Of a stretch of DNA of 64,000 bases, positions 37,785 through 52,110 are shown one piece after another. The stretch's first letter is position 1. Every line of letters starts with the position of its first letter. Position numbers and translations under genes: made by a program. The DNA lies in assembly GCF_018977255.1 (NCBI RefSeq), contig NW_024704743.1, forward strand, positions 24,366,001 through 24,430,000, given 5' to 3'. The stretch comes from Callorhinchus milii. Its lineage: Eukaryota. The notes beneath the pieces are model-generated. The model ran no database searches. It saw nothing but the letters and a program-made list of their open reading frames with translations, and was not told the DNA's origin.

Positions 37785-38102
37785 GCTTTGTTGGAGGCAC
37801 TGACCTTCAGATGAGATATTAAACCAAGGTCCGCTCAAGTAGATGTTAAAAATCCCATGGCACTACTTAAAAAGAGAGTTTCTCTAGGCCAATAATCCCC
37901 TAGGTAATTGTTTTTTGACAAAGTGCCATTCACTTCCTCACTGTAGAGCATTATTGTGCACATTTGTAGATAAACATGGTATAGTGACTGCTATGTTCAC
38001 CTACAAATACAGCCACTATATTGTACAGAAAAGTCCATGAAGTGCTTTGAGATGTTTGAACACGATAAGGCACTATACAAACTCCAAGGAATATTGTTAT
38101 TA
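37785..38102 (+). mobile_element. Old DeuSINE relic
   Basis: ttcagatgagatattaaaccaaggtcc..gatgttaaaaatcccatggcacta..gaagtgctttgagatg. Confidence 0.7.
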
Positions 38103-39137
38103 TTGAACCCCTACTTTCTGGAACTCTGGAATCTAAAGGCCTCCACTTTGTGCCGTCACTACCTTCTTGAAAACCATCTTTACTGTATCTTCAATCAAAA
38201 CCTTCACATTTCTCTCCTTCCTCACCATGTGATCCCCATTGCCTTTATGAAGCACTTTGAGACTTTAATCCTATGTGATATTGCCGCTTATTGCATTTAC
38301 TAAAGTGTAAATAGTATTTGCACCTTTGAATTTATATACAAATATAATTTATTGTATATGAATATATTGTATGTGGCTCTAGGATTGAATACTTCAAATT
38401 TGTGATTGCATCACTAATGTCACAGTTTGCAAAACCTCTCAGTCAGTTAGATATAAGACATTTCCCCTTTCATTAGAAAGCTCATTCCAGTAACTGCTCA
38501 CATTTCTGGCAAAGCTCTTGGCAACATTTTCAAACCTACATTGAAACAATGAGTTTACTTAAAAATAGTTTTTTTTTTTACACAGGATTTATTGATTTAA
38601 ACATTTTTGTACTGCACTGTTTAATTCTTTTATCATTGTTTTATGTGTCCATTAAAGTGTATGATGTCAGTAAAATGGAGTGGAATAATGTTGCATTCTG
38701 GCAACAACAGCCAGTATAAAACTGGTTAGGCCATGCATGACCAGATGTAAGTTAAAACTCTTTTATTCTGCCCCAACAATGCACTTTAACCCCAATCTCA
38801 GAAGAGGGTCCTGCGCACGCCAATGTGTATTGTTGCATTTCCCATACTATCCATCTTTTTGGCCTCTTAACTCAACTTCCTGAGGTGAGGTAAAAGAACA
38901 AGGTCCTAATCTTTTGTTACATTTAGTCCCCTGGTATTTTACTATTAAAGTCAAACATTTTATAACTGAAACTTACAGAGGAGCTTCAATTAAGATGATC
39001 TGAGCAACTCTGCAATATGGAATTAATAATATTTCATCTGGGTTACATTAGCAATTGCAGCAGTAAAAAACGAATTATGGAAAAGTAGAGTCAGATGGAA
39101 ATTTACTGGAAGAGAATGTACAACCTATAAAGCATGT

Positions 39138-39392
39138 AATAATAATACTTGCATTTGATATAGCACTTTTCACGTCTTCTTGACGTCTCAAAGCGCTTCA
39201 GAATAGACTGTAAAGTGAATTGACTGTATATTTGTGGGCGAAACGGGCAGCCAATTGCGCACAACAGTGTCTCCCACAAACAGTCATGGATTGAAAATGA
39301 CCAATTTTTATTATTGTTTTGTTTTTGGAGGGATTATTATTAGGCGTGTGGAGTAAGGAAACTTGCCCAAGGTTTCGCCCTGCCTGGAATTA
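39138..39392 (-). mobile_element. Young tRNA-SINE, short variant, 5'-truncated
   Basis: Closely similar to 55078-55393; ggattattattaggcgtgtggagtaaggaaac junction lacks the module. Confidence 0.9.
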
Positions 39393-40666
39393 AAGTGTAG
39401 ATAGGGTCAGCAGTAATATTAATAAAGTGTTACAATGGAAAACTACACTACAAAATCTCAAAATTTATTTTTGTCTATTAACATGCAAAAAGTTACATGA
39501 ATACGAAGGGTTGAGAGCTTGCAAGAAGTGATGAATACATTTCTGTGCAATATTTGCATTATTTATTGCCACAATGAGACTTTTAACAGTTTAAGACAAT
39601 GTAAATCATGCTAATACAAGTACATTTGACGAAGCGTTTGAGATTTTAGCTATTCTAAATACTCTATAGATCCATTGCCATTTAAAAGCAGAATGATCTA
39701 AAATTGAAACGTTTTAATTCCCTTCCAAAATTAGATTTCTCCTTGAAGAAAAACCACAGTAATATCTTTAGTAAGAAAATAATCAGCATTTTTATAACAA
39801 CCTATCATATCGAAACATTTAAAAATGCCTCATTGGTAATTACTGTAAGTGTCGTGACAATTTTCTACAATTTTCTCTGCTGGGACTATCAGTCTATATT
39901 TCCATCCACTCCTATAAACTGTAGGAAATTAAACCTCCCTCCCTGAAAACTGCGGCACAATGATTTCAATACATTTCAATTAAGAAGCAGGCACGATTTT
40001 GTTTTTAAATCCATGAGGTAGGAGTTGCGTGCTAAAATGCAGGATCCTAATTAAGTAATTATCCTATTTTTAGTTTTACTTAAATATCCATCTCCATGAT
40101 CAAGACCAGCAAAGGAATGTAGAAATTCATGGATTCAATCATGGCTGGGGAATACTTCAGAGTTAAGTTCATGTGGATCAATCGGAAGTGTTTATCATGA
40201 ATTTCCATTCGCCATGTTGAATTAGAAAGGAATCCCTGGCTATGAATTCCATCCACTTCTCCATCAACAAAAATTGTAACGGTATTTGTGGGACAAATTT
40301 AAGACAGATTTTGCAAAAATACGTACTAAAGTCCATAGATTGTTTTTGGGCTTAAACCACAAAAATGTTACGAGAGTTTAATCCCCCTCAATTTCCCCGA
40401 TCCATTCCCTTGATTTCACGTGAAGTAAGGGTTTCTGAGGTCTTGCAAAATTCCATGCATTTTGCATGCAGTTCCCTCCCACTTCAGTAAACATATAAAT
40501 ATGGCTTGTAGGAACATACATATAGTACCAAACACTTCTCTGAAAAAACAACAGGAGTAAGAAAAACATTCCAAAATATTTTCAGCAATGCTTACCTATG
40601 GTATGTACCTGCTAACAGAACTTTGCCAGGTGTCAGGTGTTGCCAGGTGTTTGCAATGCAGAAGAT

Positions 40667-41567
40667 TCATAAGAACATAGGAATTAGGAGCAGGAGTAGG
40701 CTATTCGGCCCCTCAAGCCTGCCCCGCCATTTGATAAGACCATGGCTGATCTTCAGACCTACCTCTAATTACCTGCCCTATCCCCATATCCCCTAATCCC
40801 TCTATTTTTAAAAAAAAATCTATCAGTCTCAGCCTTGAAGATGTTCAAGGACTGAGCATCTACAGCCTTCTGGGGTAGTGAATTCCATAAATTCACTACC
40901 CACTGAGTGAAGAAATGTTTCCTCAACTCTGTTCTAAAAGGCTGACCCTTAATTTTAAGACTGTGACCCCTGGTTATAGATTCTCCTACCAGGGGAAACA
41001 GACCCTCAGTGTCTACTTTATTCAGCCCTTTAAGAATCTTATAGGTTTCAATAAGATCTCCCCTAATTCTTCTGTACTTGAGAGAATATAGCCCTAGTTT
41101 ATTCAGCCTATCCTCATAGGTCAGTCCCCTCATCCCAGGAACTAACCTGGTGAATCTACGCTGCACCCAATAGGGCAAGTATGTCCTTTTTTAAATAAAG
41201 AGACCTCGGTCTCACCAAGGCCCTATACAGTTGCAGCAAGACTTCCCTACTCTTGTACTCTAAACCTTTTGCAATGAACGCTAATATGCCGTTCGCCTTC
41301 TTAGTTGCTTGCTGCACCTGTAAACTAACTTTTTGAGACTGGTGTACAAGGACACCCAAATCCCTCTGAACACTAACACTATCTAATCTCTTCCCCCTCT
41401 AGAAAATAATCTGTTTTTCTATTTTTTCTACCCAGGTGAATAACTTCACACTTCCCCACATTAAATTCCATCTGCCACCTACTCGTCCACTCCCCTAGCC
41501 TATCTATATCCCGTTGCAATCTTTTCGCATCATCCTCAGAACTTACTCTCCCACCTAGTTTAGTGTC
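40667..41567 (-). mobile_element. CR1-clade LINE (HER1-like), 5'-truncated and degenerate
   Basis: Peptides DTKLGG..LQRDIDRLGEW..WQMEFNVGKCEV, KKANGILAFI..LLQLYRALVRP, VQRRFTRLVPGMRGLTYEDRL..LYSL..RRIRGDLIETYKILKG; 3' end ..cctactcctgctcctaattcctatgttcttatg. Confidence 0.95.
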
Positions 41568-44469
41568 ATGCACTGTCATTCACTATTACAGTTGGGAATA
41601 ACTACATGCCTCACATCCTCAGATGTTAGCATTTGGCTTTCTGCCGAATATCTCACAATAAGGTTTGGAAAGTTTGGAGGGTGGTATTTATGCTGGATAC
41701 AAGCAAGGTATCATGTCAAATACTCCACTGTAGAGGCTGATAAGGAGAGGAGGCACATGGCTTGCCAATAGCATCTTCATGTTCGTTTTGGGGTTGTCTC
41801 TATGAATGTCCTCACAGATTTGCAGTAAGAGGAGATTCCAGGATATTATAGAGCAGAACACATCTGCTAGCACCAAAAGATGCCATGATGGAGTTAGCAG
41901 ACCCATTAAATCCAGCTTTGCTATGAGATCAAAGTGCGGTCAATGGACCTTAAATTAATCTTGTCCCTCAAGTTCTACACCACAGATTTGGAAGGAGCAA
42001 TCAATTTGCTGTCCAGTGGTCCATTGAACTGTTGTACCTGAACCGTGGGAGAAACTCACTTCTCTTTTTGAAGAGTGGAATGGGATCTTTAACATCCACC
42101 TGGACAAGCAGACGTCTGGTTTAATGAGACTTCTTGTATGAAGGGCACTATAATAAATACAAGTTGTTATTATGGAGGTTGGGGTGGATGCAGGCCCTGA
42201 TGAAGATCATGACAGCCACTCTACAATCACAGCTTCCAAATAGGAACCCATCAACAATGCTTTTGGCAGATGAGGGCAAGGGTCTTGGTAGCACTGCCCA
42301 CTGGAAGGCCAGGAAGGGGAAGGGGACAGGTGAAAGGGATTGTTTGCTCATTGTTCTTTTCGCTTCTTTTATAAAATGACATACATAATACTTGTGTTAA
42401 GTATGTCCAAGTGTTGTCCTTGTGTTTTTAAAAATAGTCTCCTTTATTATACCTTGCCTCATGAAAATGACAACTTAATGATCAGCATGGTTTTGCATCA
42501 GAAAATACAGAATACTTTTCTGGGTCTATTGTTAGTTTGGGGTCAGAGATACATTCACATCTGTAATTCACAGTAATTTTCATTACTCAACAACAATAAC
42601 AACTTGTATTTATATATTGCCCATCACGAGGACAGCATCTCGGAGTGCTTTAACGGTGTCGGAGCCTGACACCAAGCCGGAGGGAGGAGGTGACCCTAAG
42701 TGCAGTCGAAGAGGAAGGTCTCAAGATAGATGTAAAAATAATTTTTAATCCCACAGAAAGTTATAAATAAAATGATACCTATTTTAAGTGCTAAGTTCCT
42801 CATTCCCTTAAAATCCAGTTATTTCTGAAGACTTGCTTTAGTTCTAGTGCTTATTAAAATAGCACACATCAGACAATGGCTGTGTTTTGACGTTGCATTA
42901 ATAGGAAGTGATATACGCAACTCATGATAGCAAAGCACTGAGGTCGAGGATGCTTTCTTAGGTTTTTGGAAAAAAATATATGATTCACAGTCCAAAAGCA
43001 GTTACGTGGTTAGGCTCTCCCTCCCTTTCTTCAATTCTCATCACTGACTGTTTCCTGTAATTCTGACCACAAACCGGAAAGAGCCGTGTGCTAAGGCATC
43101 TTGTTGAAACCTGATAGCAAAAAGTAGATTTAACCACAAAAGCAGAATTAATAGGATATATATTCGTTCTATCAAATCTAACAATAGACGAATGCTACTA
43201 AGAAACTCAGTTCCACATACATTTTTTCTTATTTGAAAGTACTATATGTGTTGGTAATGGCAGAGTTAGACCCCATTAGAATACGGGCTATGACAAAGCA
43301 ACTCTTAGCTAATTCCATATGTAATCATTTGTCAATCACCATAATTATTTTTTCCTTTGGTAGATCAAAACAATTACTGCTACTACTTAGAATAGAACTT
43401 TTAATTGTCTAAGGTAAGCACTGTTAAGCCCTACCTTGTGTGAAGGCTGCTATATAAATGCAAGTTATTGTTATAAGGTATATTTACTTAAAAATCAAAT
43501 GTTTAGTTTACTCAACAATAACTTTAGTTACTCTTATGTTTCTCAGTCTATATAGAGAGAGAAAATATTGCACTTTCTTTATGTCGTTAATCTTGGCTGG
43601 CAAAACACACAAATACAAATAAAATTACACATTAAAGCTTTGTATTAACACAATATTCAACTGAGTTTCAACCATCCAAATTGTTAGAATACTACAGCTT
43701 AATGTTGCTGTAAATACTAGTGTTTTACCTCTAGCAGATTGGCGTAGATTTCTCCTGGGATCTTTCAGTTTCATTTGCAGATACATGGCTGTATAACTGG
43801 ATGCCATTCTCAATGGGGAAAAATGTTTTCTCCTTTTCTACAACTTCGCATTCAATATTGTGGAAACGTGTCTGTCACCATCATATCGAATGTTTTTGTT
43901 CTGTTTTAGAAAGACCTTCCGCAGTACAGGAAATTGTCCTCTCTTACCTAATTGGCTAGACTTAATGTGCTTACACAGCACTACTGGTTGCTTGATACCG
44001 GTAATTGTTTCACAGATAATAGCAGCAATATATACTCACCCTTTTGCTCCTACTTCACAACTGGTGGACAGTTTGGCAGGCCTCAGTAAACAATCATAGC
44101 ATGTCAGGTATTCTGCAGACTTCTTTATAATCTATGATCAAGTCACTGAGAAACTGTACCGAATAAATATTAGAACTATTTAAGTTTACACATATAAAAA
44201 CAAAAATGTTTTATCCAACGCGTTTTGCATTAAAATAAATATGTATTATTGTATATTTTAGCATTGACATAGATTTCTTCTTCACCACATCACAAGTAAC
44301 CATTTAGTTACTCTCTCCTCTTCCTCCTTGACCATACCTTCGGTCATCTTCCCACCCACACACCCCTTGTTATAGGGTTCCTGGGACCATAATGAGATTG
44401 GAGATTTGTGCTTCAACATAAAAAAGAATACAAGTTTAAAAAATTGCAAAATTCAGAATTTCAGCACAA

Positions 44470-44632
44470 AGGCTCCAGCTTCAGTTAATCTATACTGCAA
44501 CAGCTCATTTCAGCTAGGAAGGTAGTCTTGACCTCACAATTGGTCACAATTCCCAGGGCAAAGATGAGGAGAGGGAAATGGGGAATGGGGAAGAAAGCAG
44601 CCAGTGTTCCCACTTCTTAATTGCTCTCCGTC
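44470..44632 (+). mobile_element. Possible AmnSINE2-like ancient SINE relic
   Basis: tcagctagg..acaattggtcaca..cccagggc..gaggagagggaaat..cagccagtgttcccacttcttaattgct resembles a recalled consensus; highly diverged. Confidence 0.35.
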
Positions 44633-44689
44633 GACTCCTGGTGGCCATAATAATAATCCCAACATTTGATGTAGTTCCTTATTATGTTG

Positions 44690-45495
44690 TCAACAACAAA
44701 GTTACATTTGTATAGCACCTTTCACGTTGGGAGAACGTCCCAAGGCACTGGACAATCAGTGTTTCTGACCCAAGCTAGTGGTCGGGATCAGGGAGGGTGG
44801 AGGACAGGAGGGGAAGGGAGGCTGATCGAAGGCATGGTCAGAGAGGAGGGTCTCGAGAAGGGTCTTGAAGGAAGCAAAGAAGGGGGCGAGGCGGAGGGAC
44901 TGCGGGATGGAGTTCCAGAGGGTGGGGGCAGAAGGGCTGAAGGCCCGCTTGCCAATTGTGGGGCGGGCGAGACGGGAAGCAGGCCGGAGCCCGCTTAGCG
45001 GAGGGAGCAGGCAAGTTGTTAGGGGATAGCAGAGGTAGGGGGGAGCAAGATCATGGAGGTGAGGACCAGGATCTTGAACTGTATCCTCTATGTGATGGGA
45101 AGGCAGTGGAGTCAGGCAAAGATAGGGGTGATAGGGTCATGGAGCCTAGTGGTGGAGAGGACATGGGCTGCAGAGTTCTGGATGATCTGCAACCTACAGG
45201 CAGGGAGTTTGCATCGACAAGCCTGGATGTTATGAAAGCGTGTATGAGGCGTTCGGCGGCCTGCGATCTAATACAGTGGCAGAGCCGGGTGATGTTGCGG
45301 AGGTGGGGCAAGGCAGAAAGTCATGGTACAGATGTGGGGTAAAAAGATAGTTGAGGGTCAAACAAGGTGCCTCTGGGAGGTGGAGTGTGCATCCTTGGAT
45401 GGTGATGCTGTCAGCGCCTGAGGTGTGGAAGCGCCTCTGTCTTGTTGACGTTCAACTTAAGAAAGTTAGCTCTCATCCAGGACTTGATCTCTGAC
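44690..45495 (-). mobile_element. L2 LINE ORF2/3' end
   Basis: Peptide HLRNITRL..AAERLIHAFITSRL; ggatgagagctaactttcttaagttgaacgtcaacaagacagagg (WMRANFLKLNVNKTE); L2 tail near 44700. Confidence 0.88.
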
Positions 45496-45639
45496 TGGAC
45501 CAATCCCCCAGCAGCTCACTCCAGCTCAGAGATCTTGAAATTTTTTCAAACCTCAGTTCTCCTTTAAATTCCTCCCCCCACCATTCCTTCTCTATTAGCC
45601 ACTCTTCCCATAGTTCCTACCACTGGCCCCAACCTACAC

Positions 45640-47483
45640 ACCTTTGCCCCCATTTCTCCTTCCTCCCTCTTATCCTCCATCATGTTGATGAAACCCACCT
45701 CAACCCCATCCCCACGCAGCTGCTGGTCGTTCATCTCCCCCTCCTCTGCCCACTTCTGGCAGACACCACAAATCAGTCCCTCTCCTCACTCGGTCCCACT
45801 CCCATTCAAAACAGCTGTCATCACTCTCCTCTATAAAAAAACCTACTCTCAATCCCTTCAACCTTGTGCACTACAGTCCCATTTCAAACCCGCCCTTTCT
45901 GGCCAAAGCCCTGGAAGGTGTTGTTGCAAACCAACTTTGCTCACACCTTGCTCTCCACTCCCTACTCAAACCTTATCAAAGTAACAAATGACATCCTCGC
46001 TCTCTGTGACCATGGCTCCCTCTGCCTCCTCATCCTCCTGGACCTCTATGCTGCGTTCAACACAGTTGACCACACCATTCTCCTCCACCTTAGTGGGATC
46101 GCACTCGCATGGTTCGAACCTGTTAACCAACTGCTAACACTTCATCTCGGTCAATGGTGTTTCCTCTTGCCCCCACTTGGTCACCTGTGGGATACCCCAA
46201 GGCTCCATCCTTGATCCCCATCTTTTCTTCATCTACATGCTATCTCTTGGCGATGTCATCTGCAGACATGGGGTCAACTTCCACATATATGCGGATGACT
46301 ACCAAAACTACTTCTCGTTCTCCAGCTGCTACTCCCAGTCTGCTGATGTCCTGTCAGCTTGTTGACAGACATCAAGGCCTGGATGAGCGCAAATTTCCTG
46401 CAGCTGAATGTCGGCAAGATGGAAGCCATATTATTTGGCTCCCGTCAATGTCTTCTCTCCTGCGGGTCTCTCTCAGACACTCTGAAACCGTGCGCAACTT
46501 AGGCGTCAGTTTTGATCCCCAGCTTTCCTTTCTACCAGGAGTTCTGTAACTCAGTAGTTAAAGCACTTGCTTCACAAGCGAGAGACCTGGGTTCGATTCA
46601 CGGCAGGGCGAAACCTTGGACAAGTTTCCTTACTCCACACGCCTGATAATAATCCCTCAAAAAAAAAAAAAATTGGTCACTTCAATCCACAACTGTTTGT
46701 GGGACACTAATGTGCGCAAACGGCTGCCGCATTTCGCCCACAAACACACAGTCAATTCACTATATAGTATATTCTGTGAAGCGCTTTGAGACATCTAGAA
46801 GATGTGAAAAGCGTTACATCAAATGCAGGATTATTATTATTATTATTACTACACTTCCATTCCCTGACCAGGACCACTTTTTTCCACCTCCGTAACATTG
46901 CCCGCTCCATCTGTAACTCATAACCAATGCAGCTAAAACCCTTGTCCATGCCTTCGTCACTTCTGGGCTGGATTATTCCAATGTGCTTCTTGCTAGTCTC
47001 CCCAGCTCCACCATACACAAAACCCAATTAATTCAAAACTCAGCCGAATGGATACTCACCCACAAGAAACTCCATATCCCCATCACACCAGGCCTTGCCA
47101 GGCTCCATATCACCAAACGGATCAATTTCAAGATCCTCTCACTCATTTTCGAATCACTTAATTCCCTCGCACCTCCCTACCTATCCAACCTGCTTACCCC
47201 CCACTCCACTACCCGTTGCCTCAGCTCAACTGGCTCCAAACTCCTATTTGTTCCTCGTGCCCTCCGTTCCACCATAGGTGGCCGTGCCTCAGCCACTGCA
47301 CCCCTGGAACTCTCTACCTCAATCCCTCCGCCTTGCCCCCTCACTCCCTACTTTCAAATCCTGCCTAAAGACCTTCCTTTTGGATCATACTTACAGTCAC
47401 CACCCTCTCTCCCTGGCTCAATGTCAAACTCCGTCACTGTGAAGCGCTCAAGGATGCTAGCCCACTTAAATGGAGTTATATAT
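45640..47483 (+). mobile_element. L2 LINE with RT domain, interrupted by a SINE at 46538-46849
   Basis: RT motifs LLILLDLYAAFNTVDH, GIPQGSILDPHLF, YADD; downstream VRNLGVSFD, IQNSA, LAPPYLSNLL; multiple frameshifts. Confidence 0.92.
46538..46849 (+). mobile_element. Full-length young tRNA-SINE, short variant, nested in L2
   Basis: B box GGTTCGATTC, anticodon-like loop TTCACAA, (TTA)n tail; L2 sequence resumes after it. Confidence 0.92.
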
Positions 47484-49064
47484 GCAAGTTTTTGTTACTG
47501 TTGAAGTCTTTCATACAGTTCTTGATCAACACTGCTTTTGTACAAATCCCAAATCCTGTCTGCCTCCATTTCCTCACTTAACTCCAACACAACCTAATTA
47601 TTCTTCACCTCCAGATTTGATTTCCCATGCTCTTCCCTCAGGCCTTCCTAACATAATCATAGCCTAACTTGGTCCATAAAATCCAACTTACACAGAACTG
47701 TGCAGCTCACATCTTGTGCTGCATTAGGCTCTATGATCTCAGCATTTTCATTTGTGAAGGTTCCAGAGGCTCCCTGATAAATGTTGAATACTCAATTAGG
47801 TTTAAATGGATAATTGACAAGGAACCAATGAGAGGAAGTATAAAAAGAGACTGGGAGTGGGACAAATGGTGTCTGATGTCAAGAGGTGCTTGATATGAGA
47901 ACGACAGAATATAGAAGCTACAAACGCACCTGTGACTTGGATTGAGTTATATTACAATAAAGGTTGCTCTGACTTTCAATTGCCTCCACTCCTTACTCCA
48001 TCCGTCTTCAGTCCCTTTGTCCTACCCACTCCCTCCATGCCACACATTGCGCTTGCTGCATGTTTCCCACCCATTTATCTCATCATCAGTGACTAAATTG
48101 TCATTTATTATGCATTAAATCAGTTACGGATTGGATTTAAGATTTGAAGGTTTCATATACAAATCCTGGAGGATATACTCAGCACTTCACATTTTTGAAG
48201 TCAATAAAATGAGTTTTGTGCTTAAAAATATCCACAGAAAGAGATATGGGATCAGCAGGGTCTTAGAAACATTTAGAATTTTACTCTAATCTGCTAATTA
48301 ATCAGTTAAGAAATGGTGTCATTTCAGTTTGTAATTATCACAATCTGTTATAAAATGTCACAGATATACTGTATAATAATCCTTGCATATCATATAGCAC
48401 CTTTCATGGTGGAAGAACGTTGAGAAAGCGCTTCACAGGATTTACTGCAAAGTGTGATGACTGTGTAGTTTGTGGGTACAACTAGCTTGCATAAACTGCA
48501 TATAAAGAGGGGGAAGCGAGAATGTGGTCACTCTTTCTTCATACTACTTCCAACTTCAGAAAGAGGCCCTTTTGAGAATAGCTGCATTGAAAAACATCAA
48601 ATTGTCTTCTTCCAGAAAGGACCAGCAGATAATTTGTTCCAATACAAAGCAACTCTTTGCCCAAACAGCAAACCTGAGAAATCATATTTCTGGATTTTGA
48701 CTACTGCATCGTGCTACCCTTCCATGTGCTGGATCTGTGGACCACTGCGCATTTCTTAATAAAATCCAGGTTCATGTGTTCCAATGATAAATCAGGATTG
48801 GAGCTCGATTGAGCCCCTCACTCTTGTGCGGTTGCTATATCTGGCCTCCATGTTCAACTTCCTACTTTATCAAAGGGCTCCTTGAAAGTCAGAGTTTTGA
48901 TTGGTTGCATCCCTTCTCACTTACTGGATGGTATTATTGGCAATGAGCTCTGCCCATGGAACATTTCTATCCTTCTGAACAAGTGCAAAATCCCCCAAAT
49001 ATTTCCATTTACTCTTTAATCGTTTAGCTCAAAGAATTTCTCTCCACTTGAGTCTTATTATATA

Positions 49065-49587
49065 TAATAATAATAATCCTACTGCAGGGTAAACAGAGGC
49101 GTAAGGAAACTTGCCCATTGTTTTTCCCTGCTGGGAATCGAACCCAGGTCTCTCACTTGCGAGACGAGTGCTGTAACCACTAAGCTACAGGAATCCACTA
49201 ATAAATTGAATCTGTGCCCAGTTTGCTTTGAAATAATAATAATCCTTGCATTTGATATAGCACCTCACCACGTTGTCTCAAAGTGCTTCACAGAATATAC
49301 TGTAAAGTGCATTGACTGTATATTTGATGGGCGAAATGCGACAGCCAGTTGCGCACAGCAGTATCCCACAATCGTGGACTGAGTAACCAAATTATTATTA
49401 TTTTTTTCTGAAGGGATTATTACCCCCGGAAAAGATCATCTAACTTTCGGGTTTGTACTTACTGTTAGTTAGACAGAGGCGTGTGGAATAAGGAAACTTG
49501 CCTAAGGTTTTGCCCTGCATGCAAATCGAACCCAGGTCCTTTCGCTTGTGAGGCGAGTGCTCTAACTAGTACGCTACAGGATTCCAA
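49065..49587 (-). mobile_element. Cluster of tRNA-SINE pieces (head 49065-49197; long variant 49232-49587)
   Basis: Two tRNA heads (gggaatcgaacccaggtc; aaatcgaacccaggtcc) and one tail. Confidence 0.85.
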
Positions 49588-50329
49588 GTGGACTCTTAGA
49601 TTCGCAACTAATCTTGGCGTTCTAGCCAAAGATAATCTGTTTGTACTGACTTCAGTCATAAGGACAAAAAAACAACTGTGCTGTGAAGATCAAGAAAGAA
49701 TCCTACTTAAGCTTCAAAGAACTACGAGTGCTCACATGGACATCAATGACTGAAACGCTTTGGGGAGATATGCTAACAGTATTTGCAGTTTAATTGTGTT
49801 ATATTTAGTTCCATTTAGTAACTACAATAAATGTAATTTATACAGTATTTTAGTTTAGTTAAATTACTTTTCTGAGCCATGACATATGCCATATGAGAAC
49901 ATGGAAAAAGTACAATGCTTCAACGATTTATTGTTTCTCCGGGGAACATGCTGCCTACAGGACAAAATGGAGACGTATAACTGTGGTTCACTTTGTCAGG
50001 GAAAAGAAAAGCTGTTTATAAGACCAGCTAGGAGACTGTTACACACAAAAAAATACTCTACATGTCTTTCATAATAACAGAGACAGAGAGACACTCTGTC
50101 AACATTACCAAAAATCCCACCCTTTTTTATCTCCAGTTAACTGTCCACAGGTGGAGTGGAATTACTGATATTCATAGACAATCTATGATATTTATTTATT
50201 GTACTCTGTTAAAGTAAAAGTAAACTTTAGAAATAGAAAGTTCAGTCATATGAATATGGCGATAACAATGATGTTTTATTCCTGTTAGACTTGAACATCA
50301 CTGAGTACTATTAAGAGGTAAATTTAACA

Positions 50330-50690
50330 CAATTTACATTTATATAGCATCTTTCATGTCAGGAGGACATCTCAAAGCGCTTCAAACAAATGTCTGGGAG
50401 CTTGAGCTGCAGGGAACTGCGGAGGACAAGGGTGGCTGAAAATGTGGTCAAGGACATAGGTTTTTACTCTGATTTTGAAAGTGAAGATTCTTTGGGCGAA
50501 AAGCCAGAGAAACTTCAGGATGGAGTTCCAGAGAGTGGCAACAAAATGGCTGAAGCCTCACCCCACCAATGGTGGAGCAGATCGAGCAGGGTTTGTGAAG
50601 CGGCCGTTGTTTGTTGATTGAAGGAGTGATCAGACAGTCGGTTTCACCAGATCGCAGGATGGGACAAGGCTATGGAGGCATTTGAAAGTA
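50330..50690 (-). mobile_element. Diverged L2 3' end
   Basis: Tail tttatatagcatctttcatgtcaggaggacatc; ggatggagttccagag..ggctgaagc. Confidence 0.65.
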
Positions 50691-51899
50691 AAAAGAACTC
50701 TGCATGGAAGAATGTCAAATGGGAATTGCATCTGCTTTTCATTTGGAGATAATATTCTTCCTTTCTCTTTGGGCTCCAAATCAGACAATTGTAGTTTGCT
50801 GTTGCTGAACTTCTAAAATTAACGATTCAGAAATTCGGGTGGATTGCTTTTTTCAATTTCAGCTGAACCAATGTTCTGCCCTGAAGACTAGATATAAAAC
50901 TGAGCAGTACCTCAGTAATTTAACCACTTTTGTCAGGCCTGACACCCACATGTTCAACCACACATGCACATTGTGGTTTAACAGAACTTCCCCCGCTACC
51001 AAGAATCGTATCGTGTAGAACATAGGCAATGGCAAAAGTCAATCTTGGGAAATTTAGAAATATTTTCTACTATTAATAATCATCATAGTTGATATTGATT
51101 TGTACTCATTATTGCAGTAAAATGTCACAATTTCTCAAAGTAAAGAAATCCATTTTGAGCCCCATTCTAATATGTTTGCAATCACTGAAACATTGGACAG
51201 GAAATTAAACAAGGAAGTGCACACTGTGGTTTTTAAATTCTATCTTACGTGTTTACAACTAATGATGAACTGGTAACTTACTGCAAACATCATTTTTGTT
51301 GTATGCAATCAGTTGCTCTGTTTCTGTTGGGAGTGTATTATTTATAAAACCCTGATAGGCTTTGTGTGATAAAAAGCCACAGTCTTCATATCCACAGAAA
51401 TGACTTAAAAGAATGTTAGGTTCTACTTTTTTGCATGGGAACCCGTGTCAGAATATATTCACACATATATTCAAAGTATGTACGTGTATTTAAACAAGTG
51501 GATGCAAAATGTGCTAAATTGGTTCAATTTGCAAAGAAGCACATGCTGGTTTGTTTTATTCTTTGTGGATCATTATGGTACATGACTTTTATATTGTACC
51601 ATTCTCAACTAAAAGCATTAAAGTTCATTTTATCTTTATATCTTCCAATTTTTGATACCAGTGTCCAAATCATTCTTCACTTCTGAAACTATGGTTTCCA
51701 TTTTCGATTGGTGAAAATGTTTTAAAGGACTGTATAAATACTGATTGTAGAAGAGAGTGACTGCATTAAACTGTTGAGATTGGAGAATTGATAAAAACTC
51801 TTTTAGTCCCTAATCCTCAAAAGACAGGAAATTAATGGAAATTAATGAACTGTGGTTAATTTCCTTAATTAAAAAAGCATTAGTTTATTTTGAAATTCC

Positions 51900-52110
51900 C
51901 CCCAAGACTCCACCCCCAAACTCCGGAACACTCTCCCTCAATCCCTCCACCTTGCCCCCTTTCTCCCCTCTTTCAAGTCGCGCCGGAAGACTTTCCTGTT
52001 CAACCGTGCTTACGGCCACCTCCCCCCTCCCCTCGGAGTCAGGCTCCCCACTGTTAAGCCTCTGAGACACTACCCTGCTTGGAGGGAACTATATAAGTGC
52101 AAGGCGTTGT
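51900..52110 (+). mobile_element. L2 3' end
   Basis: ccccaaactccggaacactctccctcaatccctcc..ttcaagtcgcgcc, same subfamily as 13440-13680. Confidence 0.8.

Noticed and set aside
40112-40212. Inverted repeat gaatgtagaaattcatg / catgaatttccattc as a pre-miRNA
   Set aside because: Stem only about 15 bp with a large unpaired loop; no recognised miRNA
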